The notes beneath the pieces were generated by a model, which saw nothing but the letters and a program-made list of their open reading frames with translations, did no database searches and was not told where the DNA came from. DNA of 64,000 bases from the IMG/VR virus record IMGVR_UViG_3300043399_001190. The stretch is one strand, 5' to 3'. This document shows, piece after piece, positions 54,236 through 63,819 of the stretch. Positions within the stretch are counted from its first letter, which is position 1, and each line of letters begins with the position of its first letter. The DNA comes from a virus (taxonomy: Duplodnaviria > Heunggongvirae > Uroviricota > Caudoviricetes). The position numbers and the translations under genes were made by a program.

Positions 54236-54543
54236 AAATTGTAATTAATGTTTGTTATGGTGGCTTCGGGCTTTCGAGAGAAGCCGTAGACCGCTATTGT
54301 GCCGAAAAAAGAATAGAACCTGGCGAATGGAATAAGACTTGGCATTTTTATTCCAATTTCCATTGCCGAGATATTCCTCGTGATGATGAATTGCTGGTTC
54401 GCCTTGTTGAGGAACTTGGTGACAAAGCCAATGGGCAATGCGCTGAATTGAAAATCGTAGAAATTCTTGAAGGTGTAGATTGGTACATCCAAGAATATGA
54501 TGGCTTAGAATGGGTTGCGGAACACCACCGCACTTGGAGTTAA
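54232..54543 (+). CDS. hypothetical protein
   Basis: ORF track. Confidence 0.45.
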   Translation: MKIVINVCYGGFGLSREAVDRYCAEKRIEPGEWNKTWHFYSNFHCRDIPRDDELLVRLVEELGDKANGQCAELKIVEILEGVDWYIQEYDGLEWVAEHHRTWS

Positions 54544-54544
54544 G

Positions 54545-54742
54545 ATGATAATTGTTAAGGTTAATCTAAACAAGTATCTTTATACTTTACTTGGCCGCCA
54601 AGAGTTAATAGATTCTTGGTGGCATTCTCCCAATAAAGCATTTGAAAATAAAACTCCTGATGAAGTATATCAATCAGGCGAAGAAGGTCGGGAAAAAGTT
54701 GCAAAATATATCCTAGGATTTATTGGCGCCGGCTATAGTTGA
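54545..54742 (+). CDS. hypothetical protein
   Basis: track ORF 54515..54742 trimmed to MIIVKV after GGAG. Confidence 0.35.
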   Translation: MIIVKVNLNKYLYTLLGRQELIDSWWHSPNKAFENKTPDEVYQSGEEGREKVAKYILGFIGAGYS

Positions 54743-54770
54743 CCGGACTGTGTGAGTACTTTTTTCTGAA

Positions 54771-54798
54771 TTGCCGTTTTCGCCAGTTGTGTTAGAAT
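54771..54798 (+). promoter_or_regulatory. promoter TTGCCG-16-TAGAAT preceded by ATAGTTGACCGGA motif (54734-54746)
   Basis: read directly. Confidence 0.5.
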
Positions 54799-54834
54799 TC
54801 TCTTATTGATTGATTAACACAACAAGGAGTTTTT

Positions 54835-55662
54835 ATGCCGCGTGGCGTTCCCAAAGCTGGTTTCCGCAACACCAAAAAGCGTATGGCTCAAGCCAATGAG
54901 GTCGTGATGGCCAAAGCCACCGAGTCCCGTTTCTCCATCAACCAGCGATTCGAATTCGTTGGTGATATGGTCCTCATGCTGGTTAACGGTGACCAAGCGT
55001 CCGTGGTTGTGTCTGGTCCTGGCGGTCTTGGTAAGTCTCACACCGTGACGGCTGCCCTTGAGTCTGCTGGTATGACCGATGTGACCGTGCTGGATGAGTT
55101 CCAGGTTGGTTCCGTGCTGAACACCGCCAAGTCCTACCGTGTTATCAAGGGCTACTCCACCCCCAAAGGTCTGTATCGTACACTCTACGAAAACAAGGAC
55201 GGCGTGGTCGTGTTTGACGATTGCGATTCCGTGCTTAAGGACCCAGTTTCTCTTAACCTTCTTAAGGCTGCTCTGGATTCGTATGACCGCCGTATTATCT
55301 CTTGGCGTGCTGACATGCGCGATGAGGAATTGCCACAGTCGTTTGAATTCAAAGGTCGCGTGATCTTTATTTCCAATCTTCCCTCTGAAGCCATGGACCA
55401 AGCCATCATTACCCGTTCCATGGCTGTTGATCTGTCTATGACTCCCGCTCAGAAAATCGAGCGTATGCAATTCCTGTTGGATCAACCCAACTTCATGCCT
55501 GAATATGCTAAGAATTTCAAACAAGATGCATTGGACCTTATCAATTCTCTCCGTGATTCTGTGAAAGAATTGTCTCTTCGCACTCTTATTCAAGTTACTA
55601 AGATTCGTAAATCGGCTGGTGCTAAGTGGAAAGACCTTGCTGAATATACTATCGTGGGTTGA
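54835..55662 (+). CDS. AAA+/P-loop ATPase (Walker A GPGGLGKS, Walker B VVVFDDCD), strongly GC/codon-shifted
   Basis: motifs read directly; codons ctg/cgt/ggt/tcc dominate unlike neighbours. Confidence 0.55.
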   Translation: MPRGVPKAGFRNTKKRMAQANEVVMAKATESRFSINQRFEFVGDMVLMLVNGDQASVVVSGPGGLGKSHTVTAALESAGMTDVTVLDEFQVGSVLNTAKSYRVIKGYSTPKGLYRTLYENKDGVVVFDDCDSVLKDPVSLNLLKAALDSYDRRIISWRADMRDEELPQSFEFKGRVIFISNLPSEAMDQAIITRSMAVDLSMTPAQKIERMQFLLDQPNFMPEYAKNFKQDALDLINSLRDSVKELSLRTLIQVTKIRKSAGAKWKDLAEYTIVG

Positions 55663-55754
55663 AAAATGAGCTATCGGTGGTATTTTTTGAAGAATGCGTG
55701 GTGACTACAAAAAGCAACCGCCATTTATTTGTGGTATTTTATTAAAGGTAAAAA

Positions 55755-56162
55755 ATGACTCAACCAGAAGATGAAAAATATTTCAAAGTTAATCTCGAAA
55801 AGGTGTCAAAAACAAAAGGTTATTTGTCCACCACTAGATTGTTGGCATATAGAATGTTGGAAAATCCATATATTACAGTAGAAGATTTTTTGCTTGACAT
55901 ATCCGACAGTGATCTAAAAGAATTGCTTTATAAAGTTGATGAGGAAGATGTAGAGGAAATTATTTTGCTTTCTGAAATGTTGGCAACAGGTGAAGGGCTT
56001 GAATACTCAAAAACTGATAGTGTCATGCTTGAACGAACAAACATTCTTGTTGGCTTTCTAACTATTGAAAGCTTGGCACGAAAAGGTTTGGTTAAAGTGT
56101 ATCGAGAGAATATGTCTTTCGGTGATGATTTTGCAAGTAAAATTATTGTGGAGAAAATGTGA
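55755..56162 (+). CDS. hypothetical protein
   Basis: ORF track. Confidence 0.45.
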   Translation: MTQPEDEKYFKVNLEKVSKTKGYLSTTRLLAYRMLENPYITVEDFLLDISDSDLKELLYKVDEEDVEEIILLSEMLATGEGLEYSKTDSVMLERTNILVGFLTIESLARKGLVKVYRENMSFGDDFASKIIVEKM

Positions 56163-56315
56163 TGATTGAAAATATCAAATGGACTTTTATGGTTGATTGG
56201 CTGACTGGTGATGAGGAAGCCCGTGACGAAAAGACCGCGGAAATTTTGGCAAATGCTATTGCCGGTAAAATTGTTGCAGTCAAGCAACACAAAAAACTGG
56301 CTAAAAGTTAAACAC

Positions 56316-56343
56316 TTGCCATTTTACATGGCTTTGGTATAAT
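56316..56343 (+). promoter_or_regulatory. promoter TTGCCA-16-TATAAT
   Basis: ttgccattttacatggctttggtataat. Confidence 0.6.
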
Positions 56344-56371
56344 AGTCTCTTCAATTCAAGAAAGGTGTAAT

Positions 56372-56653
56372 ATGTCTCGTATGTCTGATTTGCAAATTTC
56401 TATCGCCGAACAAATTAATGCCGGTGCATTCTTCGAAGATATTGTGGAATTTCTTGTTACCAAATACGGTTTCGATTATGACACCGCTGAAGATATGGTA
56501 TACACTGTTGAAGCTGAGGTAACCATGGATAATGAACAGGAATATTACGATGATTCCATGGATGGTGACCATGAATCTGCTCTAGCATCTGCTGGTTGGG
56601 GCACTGATGAAGATTATGGTTATTTCGATGATTACAATTACGATTACGAATAA
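56372..56653 (+). CDS. acidic hypothetical protein (DEDYGYFDDYNYDYE tail)
   Basis: ORF track. Confidence 0.45.
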   Translation: MSRMSDLQISIAEQINAGAFFEDIVEFLVTKYGFDYDTAEDMVYTVEAEVTMDNEQEYYDDSMDGDHESALASAGWGTDEDYGYFDDYNYDYE

Positions 56654-56655
56654 TT

Positions 56656-56913
56656 ATGGAAAAACTAATTCGATTTATTGATCTGCAAGCTACAATGATG
56701 GAAGACCTCTTTTGGTCTCTTTCTTCTTATGTAGAAGGTAACATGGAAGATGGAATGAAACTCCAATTGGATTTTCTAAAACATCATGATGAATTGGAAG
56801 ATATGTACTCTGAACTTCTAGAGGAAGAAAAGGAGGTATTGGAATGGATTCCGGACCTAATGGGAATTAATTCTGAAAGGCGGACATACCTATTTTATCC
56901 ATGTCAAGAGTAA
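56656..56913 (+). CDS. acidic hypothetical protein
   Basis: ORF track. Confidence 0.4.
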   Translation: MEKLIRFIDLQATMMEDLFWSLSSYVEGNMEDGMKLQLDFLKHHDELEDMYSELLEEEKEVLEWIPDLMGINSERRTYLFYPCQE

Positions 56914-56953
56914 ATGTCAACAGAAAACCAACAAGTTTACCGAAAAAAATTAA

Positions 56954-56982
56954 TTGCCATTTGACGAATTTATTGTTAGAAT
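56954..56982 (+). promoter_or_regulatory. promoter TTGCCA-17-TAGAAT
   Basis: ttgccatttgacgaatttattgttagaat. Confidence 0.55.
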
Positions 56983-57008
56983 ACAACTTTCTTTGATATG
57001 GAGTTTAT

Positions 57009-58172
57009 ATGAATCGTAATGCTCGCGCCTTTGTTGAAGCTGCAACCTCAGTGTATGGTAAGAATGCCGTTCTGACTCGCTCAGATATTGATGCGGTTGT
57101 AAACCATAAGTCCGTACCTTTTCCTTTTTGGTTTGTTACCAAAAGCGAATATCGTTATGGCCGCGGGCAATACCAACTTCCTTCTCTGCCAGAAGACGGT
57201 GTAAATACGGTTGCACAACAAACGGCGCCACAAAAATCTCAGCCTGAAGTTGTGGACATGGCCGCTACGGTGACCGTCTTGCGTCAAAAGCGCCTGCATG
57301 ATGATTCAGACACGGCTATTCCTAAAAAGTTTCCTGGTTTTGTTCCTTTTGGTTTTTATAAAGACCTGTTGAACATTCTACAGTCTAAACAATTCTATCC
57401 TGTCTTTATCACCGGTCTTTCTGGTAACGGTAAGACATTGATGGTTGAACAAGCATGCGCGGTGGAAAACCGTGAATGTATTCGTGTGAATATTTCCGTT
57501 GAAACGGATGAATCTGATCTTATCGGTTCAAATACTCTTGTTGACGGTAACGTTGTCTACCGTGATGGTCCTGTTATCACCGCCATGAAACGTGGTGCCA
57601 TTCTTCTGATTGATGAGGTTGACCGTGGTTCAAACAAACTGATGTGTCTCCAAGGTATCATGGAAGGTAAACCCTACTTCAATAAGAAGTCTGGTGAATA
57701 CGTGTACCCAGCACCAGGCTTTAACGTGATCGCCACGGCGAACACCAAAGGTCGTGGTTCAGAAGAAGGTCGCTATCTCTCTCAGATTCTTGATGATGCA
57801 TTCCTGGAACGTTTTCCTATTACCGTTGAGCAAAACTATCCTTCGGACAAAATCGAATTGAAGATTCTTAAACCTCTTCTGAATGATGATGAGTTTGCGG
57901 AAAATCTTGTGAAGTGGGCTGATGTTATTCGTAAGACATTTGCTGACGGTGGTGTTGATGAGGTAATTTCGACTCGCCGTTTGGTGCATATTGCAAAAGC
58001 CTATGGCATTTTTAAGAATCGGCAAAAAGCAATTGAATTGTGCGTTGCTCGTTTCGATGAGGAAACCAAGAATTCGTTCTTGGACCTTTATGCTAAAGTT
58101 GACATTAAAGTGGCAGAAGCCAATACTGCACCCGTGGTGACTGCTGTACCGAACGAAGAAATTCCGTTTTAA
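57009..58172 (+). CDS. CobS-like MoxR-family AAA+ ATPase
   Basis: Walker A GLSGNGKT, Walker B ILLIDEVD, sensor region; phage cobS-like. Confidence 0.7.
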   Translation: MNRNARAFVEAATSVYGKNAVLTRSDIDAVVNHKSVPFPFWFVTKSEYRYGRGQYQLPSLPEDGVNTVAQQTAPQKSQPEVVDMAATVTVLRQKRLHDDSDTAIPKKFPGFVPFGFYKDLLNILQSKQFYPVFITGLSGNGKTLMVEQACAVENRECIRVNISVETDESDLIGSNTLVDGNVVYRDGPVITAMKRGAILLIDEVDRGSNKLMCLQGIMEGKPYFNKKSGEYVYPAPGFNVIATANTKGRGSEEGRYLSQILDDAFLERFPITVEQNYPSDKIELKILKPLLNDDEFAENLVKWADVIRKTFADGGVDEVISTRRLVHIAKAYGIFKNRQKAIELCVARFDEETKNSFLDLYAKVDIKVAEANTAPVVTAVPNEEIPF

Positions 58173-58195
58173 ACCGAAAATAAAAAGCATAGTGG

Positions 58196-58224
58196 TTGAC
58201 ACCAGACTTCCACTATGCTATCAT
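58196..58224 (+). promoter_or_regulatory. promoter TTGACA-17-TATCAT
   Basis: ttgacaccagacttccactatgctatcat. Confidence 0.6.
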
Positions 58225-58258
58225 CGAATCTGGTAAAACTTCTATAAGGATTTATATT

Positions 58259-58594
58259 ATGCGTACAAATACCAAAATCAATCGTCATGAGCGTATTGCT
58301 GCTGTTCTGAAAAGTGGTAAAGCTGTTACACCTGCTGAAATTGAAGCCGTGTTCAAAGGCACGGATCAAGAAAAAGTTTTGTATCGACTTTCTACGAACA
58401 TCTACAACATCCGTAAAGATGGTGGTATTATCAAAGTGATTAAAGATGGTCGCAAGGTTGTTGCTTATCAACTTGTCAATCATGAGGAATTCAACAACGA
58501 AGGTCGCTTTATCGGTAAAGTGCAGCCTGTTACACCTGTCGCACCCGTTGCACCTGTGACTCCTGCCCAAAAAGTTGAAGCTGAAACTGTATGA
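58259..58594 (+). CDS. small protein with Pro/Val/Ala/Thr repeat tail (PVTPVAPVAPVTP); possible DNA-binding regulator
   Basis: track ORF 58196..58594 trimmed to MRTNTK after promoter and AAGGA RBS. Confidence 0.4.
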   Translation: MRTNTKINRHERIAAVLKSGKAVTPAEIEAVFKGTDQEKVLYRLSTNIYNIRKDGGIIKVIKDGRKVVAYQLVNHEEFNNEGRFIGKVQPVTPVAPVAPVTPAQKVEAETV

Positions 58595-58791
58595 ACGAAA
58601 AAGGCTTTAGTTTTAATCCAGCAAATTTCACTTATACAATTAACTCTAAAAAGTATAGTGGAGTTTTGTATGCGACACTCACCCTTCCTAGGGATATTGA
58701 TGCTGAAGTTGAAGCTAAACTAGCATCAATGAATGATGACTTTGTTGATGCCAAGAAAGTAATTGAAAGTGTGAAAAATGGAAACCTTTGA
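58591..58791 (+). CDS. hypothetical protein
   Basis: ORF track. Confidence 0.4.
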   Translation: MNEKGFSFNPANFTYTINSKKYSGVLYATLTLPRDIDAEVEAKLASMNDDFVDAKKVIESVKNGNL

Positions 58792-58835
58792 TAAGATAAT
58801 GTGGTTTTTCTACAGTTCAAGCATTTCTATCTTGG

Positions 58836-59057
58836 ATGTTTTTGTGGTCGTTATTCTTAACATGGTTGGTGGCTGGTACTGGCTACTGTTTATTCCTTGG
58901 TTCTTTTATTCAAGTTTACAAAAACAGAAATATGATTAATAAAATTATGCGTGAATTTCAATTCTACCTTGATGCATGGAAATTTTGTGTTGAGAATCAA
59001 ATTTCTTTGCAAAAGATTGTGAAGAAAGATTTCAAAACTTGGATTATCGTTGAATGA
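58836..59057 (+). CDS. small membrane protein
   Basis: ORF track; hydrophobic N-term. Confidence 0.35.
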   Translation: MFLWSLFLTWLVAGTGYCLFLGSFIQVYKNRNMINKIMREFQFYLDAWKFCVENQISLQKIVKKDFKTWIIVE

Positions 59058-60178
59058 CCACTGTACGTAGAGTTAAAAATTCATCGTTTTCTTATTTAAT
59101 AGATAAAATGATTGGTGTTCATCGTTCACATGCACGTCATTTGAAATACCCACCGCTTAGGAAAAAGAAAGTGTCTAAAATTACAATGAATGAAAATAAA
59201 ATTGTCCTTGGTGCAAGTGATATTACCGACTTCTTCATTTCTAATATCATTGAAGCTCGGGATAAACTGAAGATTGATACAAACCGAGAAAATTTTGGAA
59301 TCTATTGCAGCAAAAAAGATTGGCGTGAATTTTTTCCTCAACTGAGTGATTTGCGTATTCTGGATTTTGAAAGTGAAACCTATTTCTTCGACGATGAAGG
59401 TCTCAACTGGATTCGTACCAATATTCACTCGACACATGTGAGTGTGGAAATTACTGGTGATTCCAATTTCATTGAAAAATTTACGGATCGTTTTGCCAAG
59501 AATTTCGATTTCGTGAAGAATCACATTGAATGGATTTATTCTTCTGACGGTAACTCTATCGACATTCCTTTGCAGAATGATCGTATGCCTGTTACTGAGA
59601 TGTATCCGTTCCTAGGTGAACAATCTCTGGAAAAATACTACGATGACTTTATGAAGTCTTCGGCTTCTATTCTTCTACTGATTGGACCGCCAGGCACTGG
59701 TAAGACCACATTCATTCGTGGTATGTTGCAGCATACAAATTCGTCTGCTACACTTACCTATGATGCAAACATTCTTGAAAAAGATTATGTGTTTGCAAGC
59801 TTCATTGAAGGTGACAAGAGTGTTTTGATTCTTGAAGATGCTGATATGTTCCTGAAATCTCGTAAAGAAGGTAACACTATCATGCACAAGTTTCTGAACG
59901 TTGGTGATGGGCTTGTAACGATGCGTGGAAAGAAAATGGTTTTCTCCACAAATCTTCCGTCTATCAAAGATATTGATCCTGCTCTTATTCGACCTGGTCG
60001 TTGTTATGATATCTTGCATTTCTCTGAGCTGAATCAAGAGCAGGCACAAAAACTGGCTGAACGTTGCAATGTTACATTGAACGGTAAGCGTGACAAATGG
60101 TCTATTGCTGATGTTTTCTTCAATGAAAACACCAACAGTAAATTTAAAGTGAAAGAAAATAAGATTGGATTTGTATGA
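59054..60178 (+). CDS. AAA+ ATPase (Walker A GPPGTGKTT, Walker B LILEDADMF) with N-terminal extension
   Basis: motifs read directly. Confidence 0.6.
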   Translation: MTTVRRVKNSSFSYLIDKMIGVHRSHARHLKYPPLRKKKVSKITMNENKIVLGASDITDFFISNIIEARDKLKIDTNRENFGIYCSKKDWREFFPQLSDLRILDFESETYFFDDEGLNWIRTNIHSTHVSVEITGDSNFIEKFTDRFAKNFDFVKNHIEWIYSSDGNSIDIPLQNDRMPVTEMYPFLGEQSLEKYYDDFMKSSASILLLIGPPGTGKTTFIRGMLQHTNSSATLTYDANILEKDYVFASFIEGDKSVLILEDADMFLKSRKEGNTIMHKFLNVGDGLVTMRGKKMVFSTNLPSIKDIDPALIRPGRCYDILHFSELNQEQAQKLAERCNVTLNGKRDKWSIADVFFNENTNSKFKVKENKIGFV

Positions 60179-60366
60179 TCTATGAAATCTCTGAGCCGTA
60201 CCAGCAATATCAATACTTTATTGAAGTTAATGATGTGCGTGAGTTGAAGCATATTAAATTTACCACAAAATATCAAGGTGCAAAGTTTCCTGATGCGTTT
60301 CAAACCAAGTTGGAGTTTTTTCTAACCGAAAAAGAATGGGAAAACTTGAAGAAAGTTTTTGTGTGA
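60175..60366 (+). CDS. hypothetical protein
   Basis: ORF track. Confidence 0.4.
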   Translation: MIYEISEPYQQYQYFIEVNDVRELKHIKFTTKYQGAKFPDAFQTKLEFFLTEKEWENLKKVFV

Positions 60367-60422
60367 CTCCGAGGCAACAGAAATGTTGCCTTTTTTTATG
60401 ACTGTGTTATAATGGTTTTATT

Positions 60423-60674
60423 ATGAATGCAAATTGGTTTAGAAAACTCGTTTCGGATGAAATCCGTGAAGTCGTTATGTGGGCTGGTCTGGCTGACCAG
60501 TATGAGGGTATGAAGTCCAAGGAAGTTGATAGTAAGGGTAAAACCTTTTATCGGCTCACGACAAAAATTGGTGATATTCTCATTTATTCACCTAAGGTTA
60601 TCTATGTGAATGGGCATAAATGCCATTCCGTGAATGAGACCAAGCGGCACATTCAATACCGATACGTAAATTAG
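60423..60674 (+). CDS. hypothetical protein
   Basis: ORF track. Confidence 0.4.
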   Translation: MNANWFRKLVSDEIREVVMWAGLADQYEGMKSKEVDSKGKTFYRLTTKIGDILIYSPKVIYVNGHKCHSVNETKRHIQYRYVN

Positions 60675-61096
60675 ATTTTTTGATGACCCTTGAGCGCGGA
60701 ATATTTTGATGCATGACTTTTGCAACAAAATCTTTTAATTGATGAATTGATATATTTTCCACAACCGGGGAATAAACAATATAAAGTTATATTATCATTT
60801 TTCTGATATTCCCGTTTTTTCTTTTGTTTCTCGGCATTTATTTGATTTTCTGATTTTGTTTCATTTATAAGTTTGGTTTCGTATAAAAATGCAGATTTTC
60901 TATCAGGAAATTCAGAAATAATTTCAAAGTTGAAGTTGTCAAAATTCTTTTTCACATATTCATTTGAAGTAAAGTAGTAAACACCAAAATCTTCATTTGC
61001 CGGCACCCTATTTTTATAACGATAACCTATGTAAAATTTGCCGGTGTTTTTCTCTATGCATTTATAGACATAAGGTAGTGCTGTTTTAGTTACCAT
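60671..61096 (-). CDS. GIY-YIG homing endonuclease (Seg-like), only minus-strand gene in this plus-strand block
   Basis: TGKFYIGYRYKNR (GIY..YIG), Zn-finger-like C-term CLFPGCGK...CCKSH. Confidence 0.6.
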   Translation of the reverse strand: MVTKTALPYVYKCIEKNTGKFYIGYRYKNRVPANEDFGVYYFTSNEYVKKNFDNFNFEIISEFPDRKSAFLYETKLINETKSENQINAEKQKKKREYQKNDNITLYCLFPGCGKYINSSIKRFCCKSHASKYSALKGHQKI

Positions 61097-61233
61097 TTTG
61101 ACCTCACGAAATTAGTGTACCTCCTCTATTTATGTTTTTTTGTGCGGTTGCAACATGAAATTTCCTATATAATAAGTGTAGTGACGCTGTTGTGGTTACT
61201 ACTAATCAACTTGCTTATTTTAAGGAGAAAAAA

Positions 61234-61434
61234 ATGTTCGCATACAATACTTTTATTGATACTGTACAAACTGGTAAGAAAACTTTCGTCAATATGTTTA
61301 TCACTGACGAAAAAGTTAAAGCACCACTTAATGCATTTGTAGATGCACAAACAGCTTTTGTTAAACAAATCTTCAAGTCATATGAAGAGTTGTCTTCGCA
61401 TATCACTAACGAAATTCACAAGAAAACAAAATAA
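61234..61434 (+). CDS. hypothetical protein
   Basis: track ORF 61192..61434 trimmed to MFAYNT after AAGGAG. Confidence 0.4.
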   Translation: MFAYNTFIDTVQTGKKTFVNMFITDEKVKAPLNAFVDAQTAFVKQIFKSYEELSSHITNEIHKKTK

Positions 61435-61470
61435 TTATGTTGAACAAAGTTAGAAGTTTTATTTGTACGG

Positions 61471-61671
61471 TTGCAGAAATTTTGCAAAAATATAGAAAAG
61501 ATAAGAGGGCAAATCGTGTTCAATGAATTAGAAGAAATTGGTCTAAGACAAGAGATAGCCGAATTAGAAAATCTTATTGAAGACTATCAAATCAATGGCT
61601 TTAAAGTAAATCAATTCTTGCTTGCTAAACTAGAAATATTAAAAACCGAATTGGAAGAGAGCACTAAATAA
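61471..61671 (+). CDS. hypothetical coiled-coil protein
   Basis: ORF track. Confidence 0.35.
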   Translation: MQKFCKNIEKIRGQIVFNELEEIGLRQEIAELENLIEDYQINGFKVNQFLLAKLEILKTELEESTK

Positions 61672-61752
61672 ACGTGTCTTAAACATTTTGGTTTTATCAT
61701 GGATAATTTTGATTTTTTTCTGGATCAGGTAAAGTTACATAGAGAAATTGAA

Positions 61753-61808
61753 AAGCACCGTAAAAGAAGGTTCATTGCCTTGACTTTCGGTGCTTTTTTG
61801 TTTATAAT
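61753..61808 (+). terminator. structured terminator (AAGCACCG...CGGTGCTT + T6) overlapping a TTGACT-17-TATAAT promoter
   Basis: read directly; inner hairpin AAGG-ttcattg-CCTT. Confidence 0.5.
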
Positions 61809-61846
61809 GTCTTTACTATACTTTGTTTTCTTTTGAAAGGTAATTT

Positions 61847-62167
61847 ATGTCTCTATTCGTTGAAGTTAATTCTCTTGCACCTAAAAATTGTAAGCTGATT
61901 ATCAATCTGGATTATATCCTAGAAGTTGCACCTCTAATCACTGGTGGTTGTGTACTCACCATGGGCGCACAAGAAGCTGGCACATCCCGTACAATCACCG
62001 TATCGGATGATTACTCTGCGTTCAAACAATTTGTTATGCAGACTGTCACGGCCGATTCAATTCAAAAGCGTTTTCCTAAAACTGCAAAACCTACAGACAA
62101 CATTAAGCCACAGCAAGAAGGTAAAGGTGTTGAGTTTGACATTCCTACATTTGGGGGCCAAAAATGA
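61847..62167 (+). CDS. hypothetical protein
   Basis: ORF track. Confidence 0.45.
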   Translation: MSLFVEVNSLAPKNCKLIINLDYILEVAPLITGGCVLTMGAQEAGTSRTITVSDDYSAFKQFVMQTVTADSIQKRFPKTAKPTDNIKPQQEGKGVEFDIPTFGGQK

Positions 62168-62454
62168 AATTCGTACTGACATGCCAACATGATGAGTATG
62201 GTCCAAAAATCACTTATGAATTCAGTAATGTATTCTTGCCTGATGTGCTGGACAACCTACAAAATTTCTTGAAAGGTTGTGGTTTTGTCTTCGACGGCGT
62301 TCTTGATATTGTCGAAGAAGATGATGTAAAAGTACAAGTACCGCATGAACTGAAGGAAGAAGATGATATTCTTTACAAACCCGTAGGTGAAGATCCCAGG
62401 GCACTCAACCAAAATTATCGCAATGAAGATGTGGACATTGACGGTAGATGCTGA
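62164..62454 (+). CDS. hypothetical protein
   Basis: ORF track. Confidence 0.45.
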   Translation: MKFVLTCQHDEYGPKITYEFSNVFLPDVLDNLQNFLKGCGFVFDGVLDIVEEDDVKVQVPHELKEEDDILYKPVGEDPRALNQNYRNEDVDIDGRC

Positions 62455-62738
62455 TTGATTTTTTGAAGCCAACATTTGATTGGATTCGTGATGACTTTAA
62501 ATCTCATCCTGTTCGTTTTTGTATTGAGTTGTTTGCTTGGTGCATTAGTATCGGTTGTAGTATCACCATGGCTCTCACGGTACCCAATCCACCTCTGCTT
62601 GCACTCTATCCCATTTGGATTATTGGGTGTTCTTTGTACGCTTGGGCTGCTTATACACGAAAATCCTTCGGCATGTTGGCTAATTATCTCTTGCTAACAA
62701 CAATTGATACTGTCGGCTTGATAAGAATGCTTATATGA
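62448..62738 (+). CDS. multi-TM membrane protein
   Basis: ORF track; hydrophobic segments. Confidence 0.45.
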   Translation: MLIDFLKPTFDWIRDDFKSHPVRFCIELFAWCISIGCSITMALTVPNPPLLALYPIWIIGCSLYAWAAYTRKSFGMLANYLLLTTIDTVGLIRMLI

Positions 62739-63535
62739 AAATTAAAATTTTTATTGTTACATGGCAAGATGAAAAAGCTCTCGATAGAAATCTGGCGACT
62801 CTATTTGGGGGTTTTTTTAATTTGACGAAAGATGTGGACATTCACGTAAATATAATCAATAATCACACAAACTTCTCAATAAATCCAGAATATCAACCAC
62901 ATGTGAACATTCTCCATAATGTAGCACAACCGGACTTCGCTACAGCAATGTTGGCACGTATGTGGAATATAGCCCTCATACATGGATTTCGGGATTTAAA
63001 AAATCCCGATGCTGATATTGTTGTGACCGCACAAGATGATACACTTTGGGAGAGAGACTGGGTTGCAAAATTAAAATTGCTGATGTATAAATTTGATTTC
63101 TATGCCGATGATGCAGGAGATTTGGTTTGTGCATATAGACCAGAAGCTGTGAGGAAAATTGGATTATGGGATGAAAGATTTCATTATGGTTTTGGTGAGG
63201 GTGATTATTTTCTCCGTGCCATCCGTTACAATCCAGAAAAGTCCTCTATCAATGATTTTGCACATGGAAGAGTGTGGAATCCCACACTACATTTAGCCAA
63301 GAGACCTGAGCCAGACTTGAATCGTTTTAATGAACAAAATAGATCACATAAGTTTCGAGAACTATCTTGGGCTAATTTCCTATACAAATGGGGAACTGAG
63401 GAATTGGAGGGTAGTTGGCCGGAAAACATTCAAGAATTGGTATTGACAACACCAGTGGTACCTGCTACAATATTGTATCCATATTTTGAAATGGATGTAG
63501 AAAACCTCAAAGACAAAGGTTATATTGTACCATGA
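62735..63535 (+). CDS. hypothetical protein (266 aa)
   Basis: ORF track. Confidence 0.45.
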   Translation: MKIKIFIVTWQDEKALDRNLATLFGGFFNLTKDVDIHVNIINNHTNFSINPEYQPHVNILHNVAQPDFATAMLARMWNIALIHGFRDLKNPDADIVVTAQDDTLWERDWVAKLKLLMYKFDFYADDAGDLVCAYRPEAVRKIGLWDERFHYGFGEGDYFLRAIRYNPEKSSINDFAHGRVWNPTLHLAKRPEPDLNRFNEQNRSHKFRELSWANFLYKWGTEELEGSWPENIQELVLTTPVVPATILYPYFEMDVENLKDKGYIVP

Positions 63536-63819
63536 CAACAAAATTGAATACACAAATCGTAACTACCACATTCAATATGTCTTCAACGACATATCAGCCT
63601 GGTGGTCACTTTAAACTGGAAGTACCACAATCATCCGCGGTTATTGCAAAACCGGTTTCTTACGATTTTCGGGTAGCGGAATATGTGGATGAAGATGGTA
63701 AAATTTCCAAAGTGGGATTACAATATCGAATGTGGGAACATGATAATGATGGCACAGGAACAGTAGTACAAACTTGGACTGATGTTGAGCGAGTTCAAAT
63801 TCCAACCTATCTTGTATGA
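63532..63819 (+). CDS. hypothetical protein
   Basis: ORF track. Confidence 0.45.
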   Translation: MTTKLNTQIVTTTFNMSSTTYQPGGHFKLEVPQSSAVIAKPVSYDFRVAEYVDEDGKISKVGLQYRMWEHDNDGTGTVVQTWTDVERVQIPTYLV

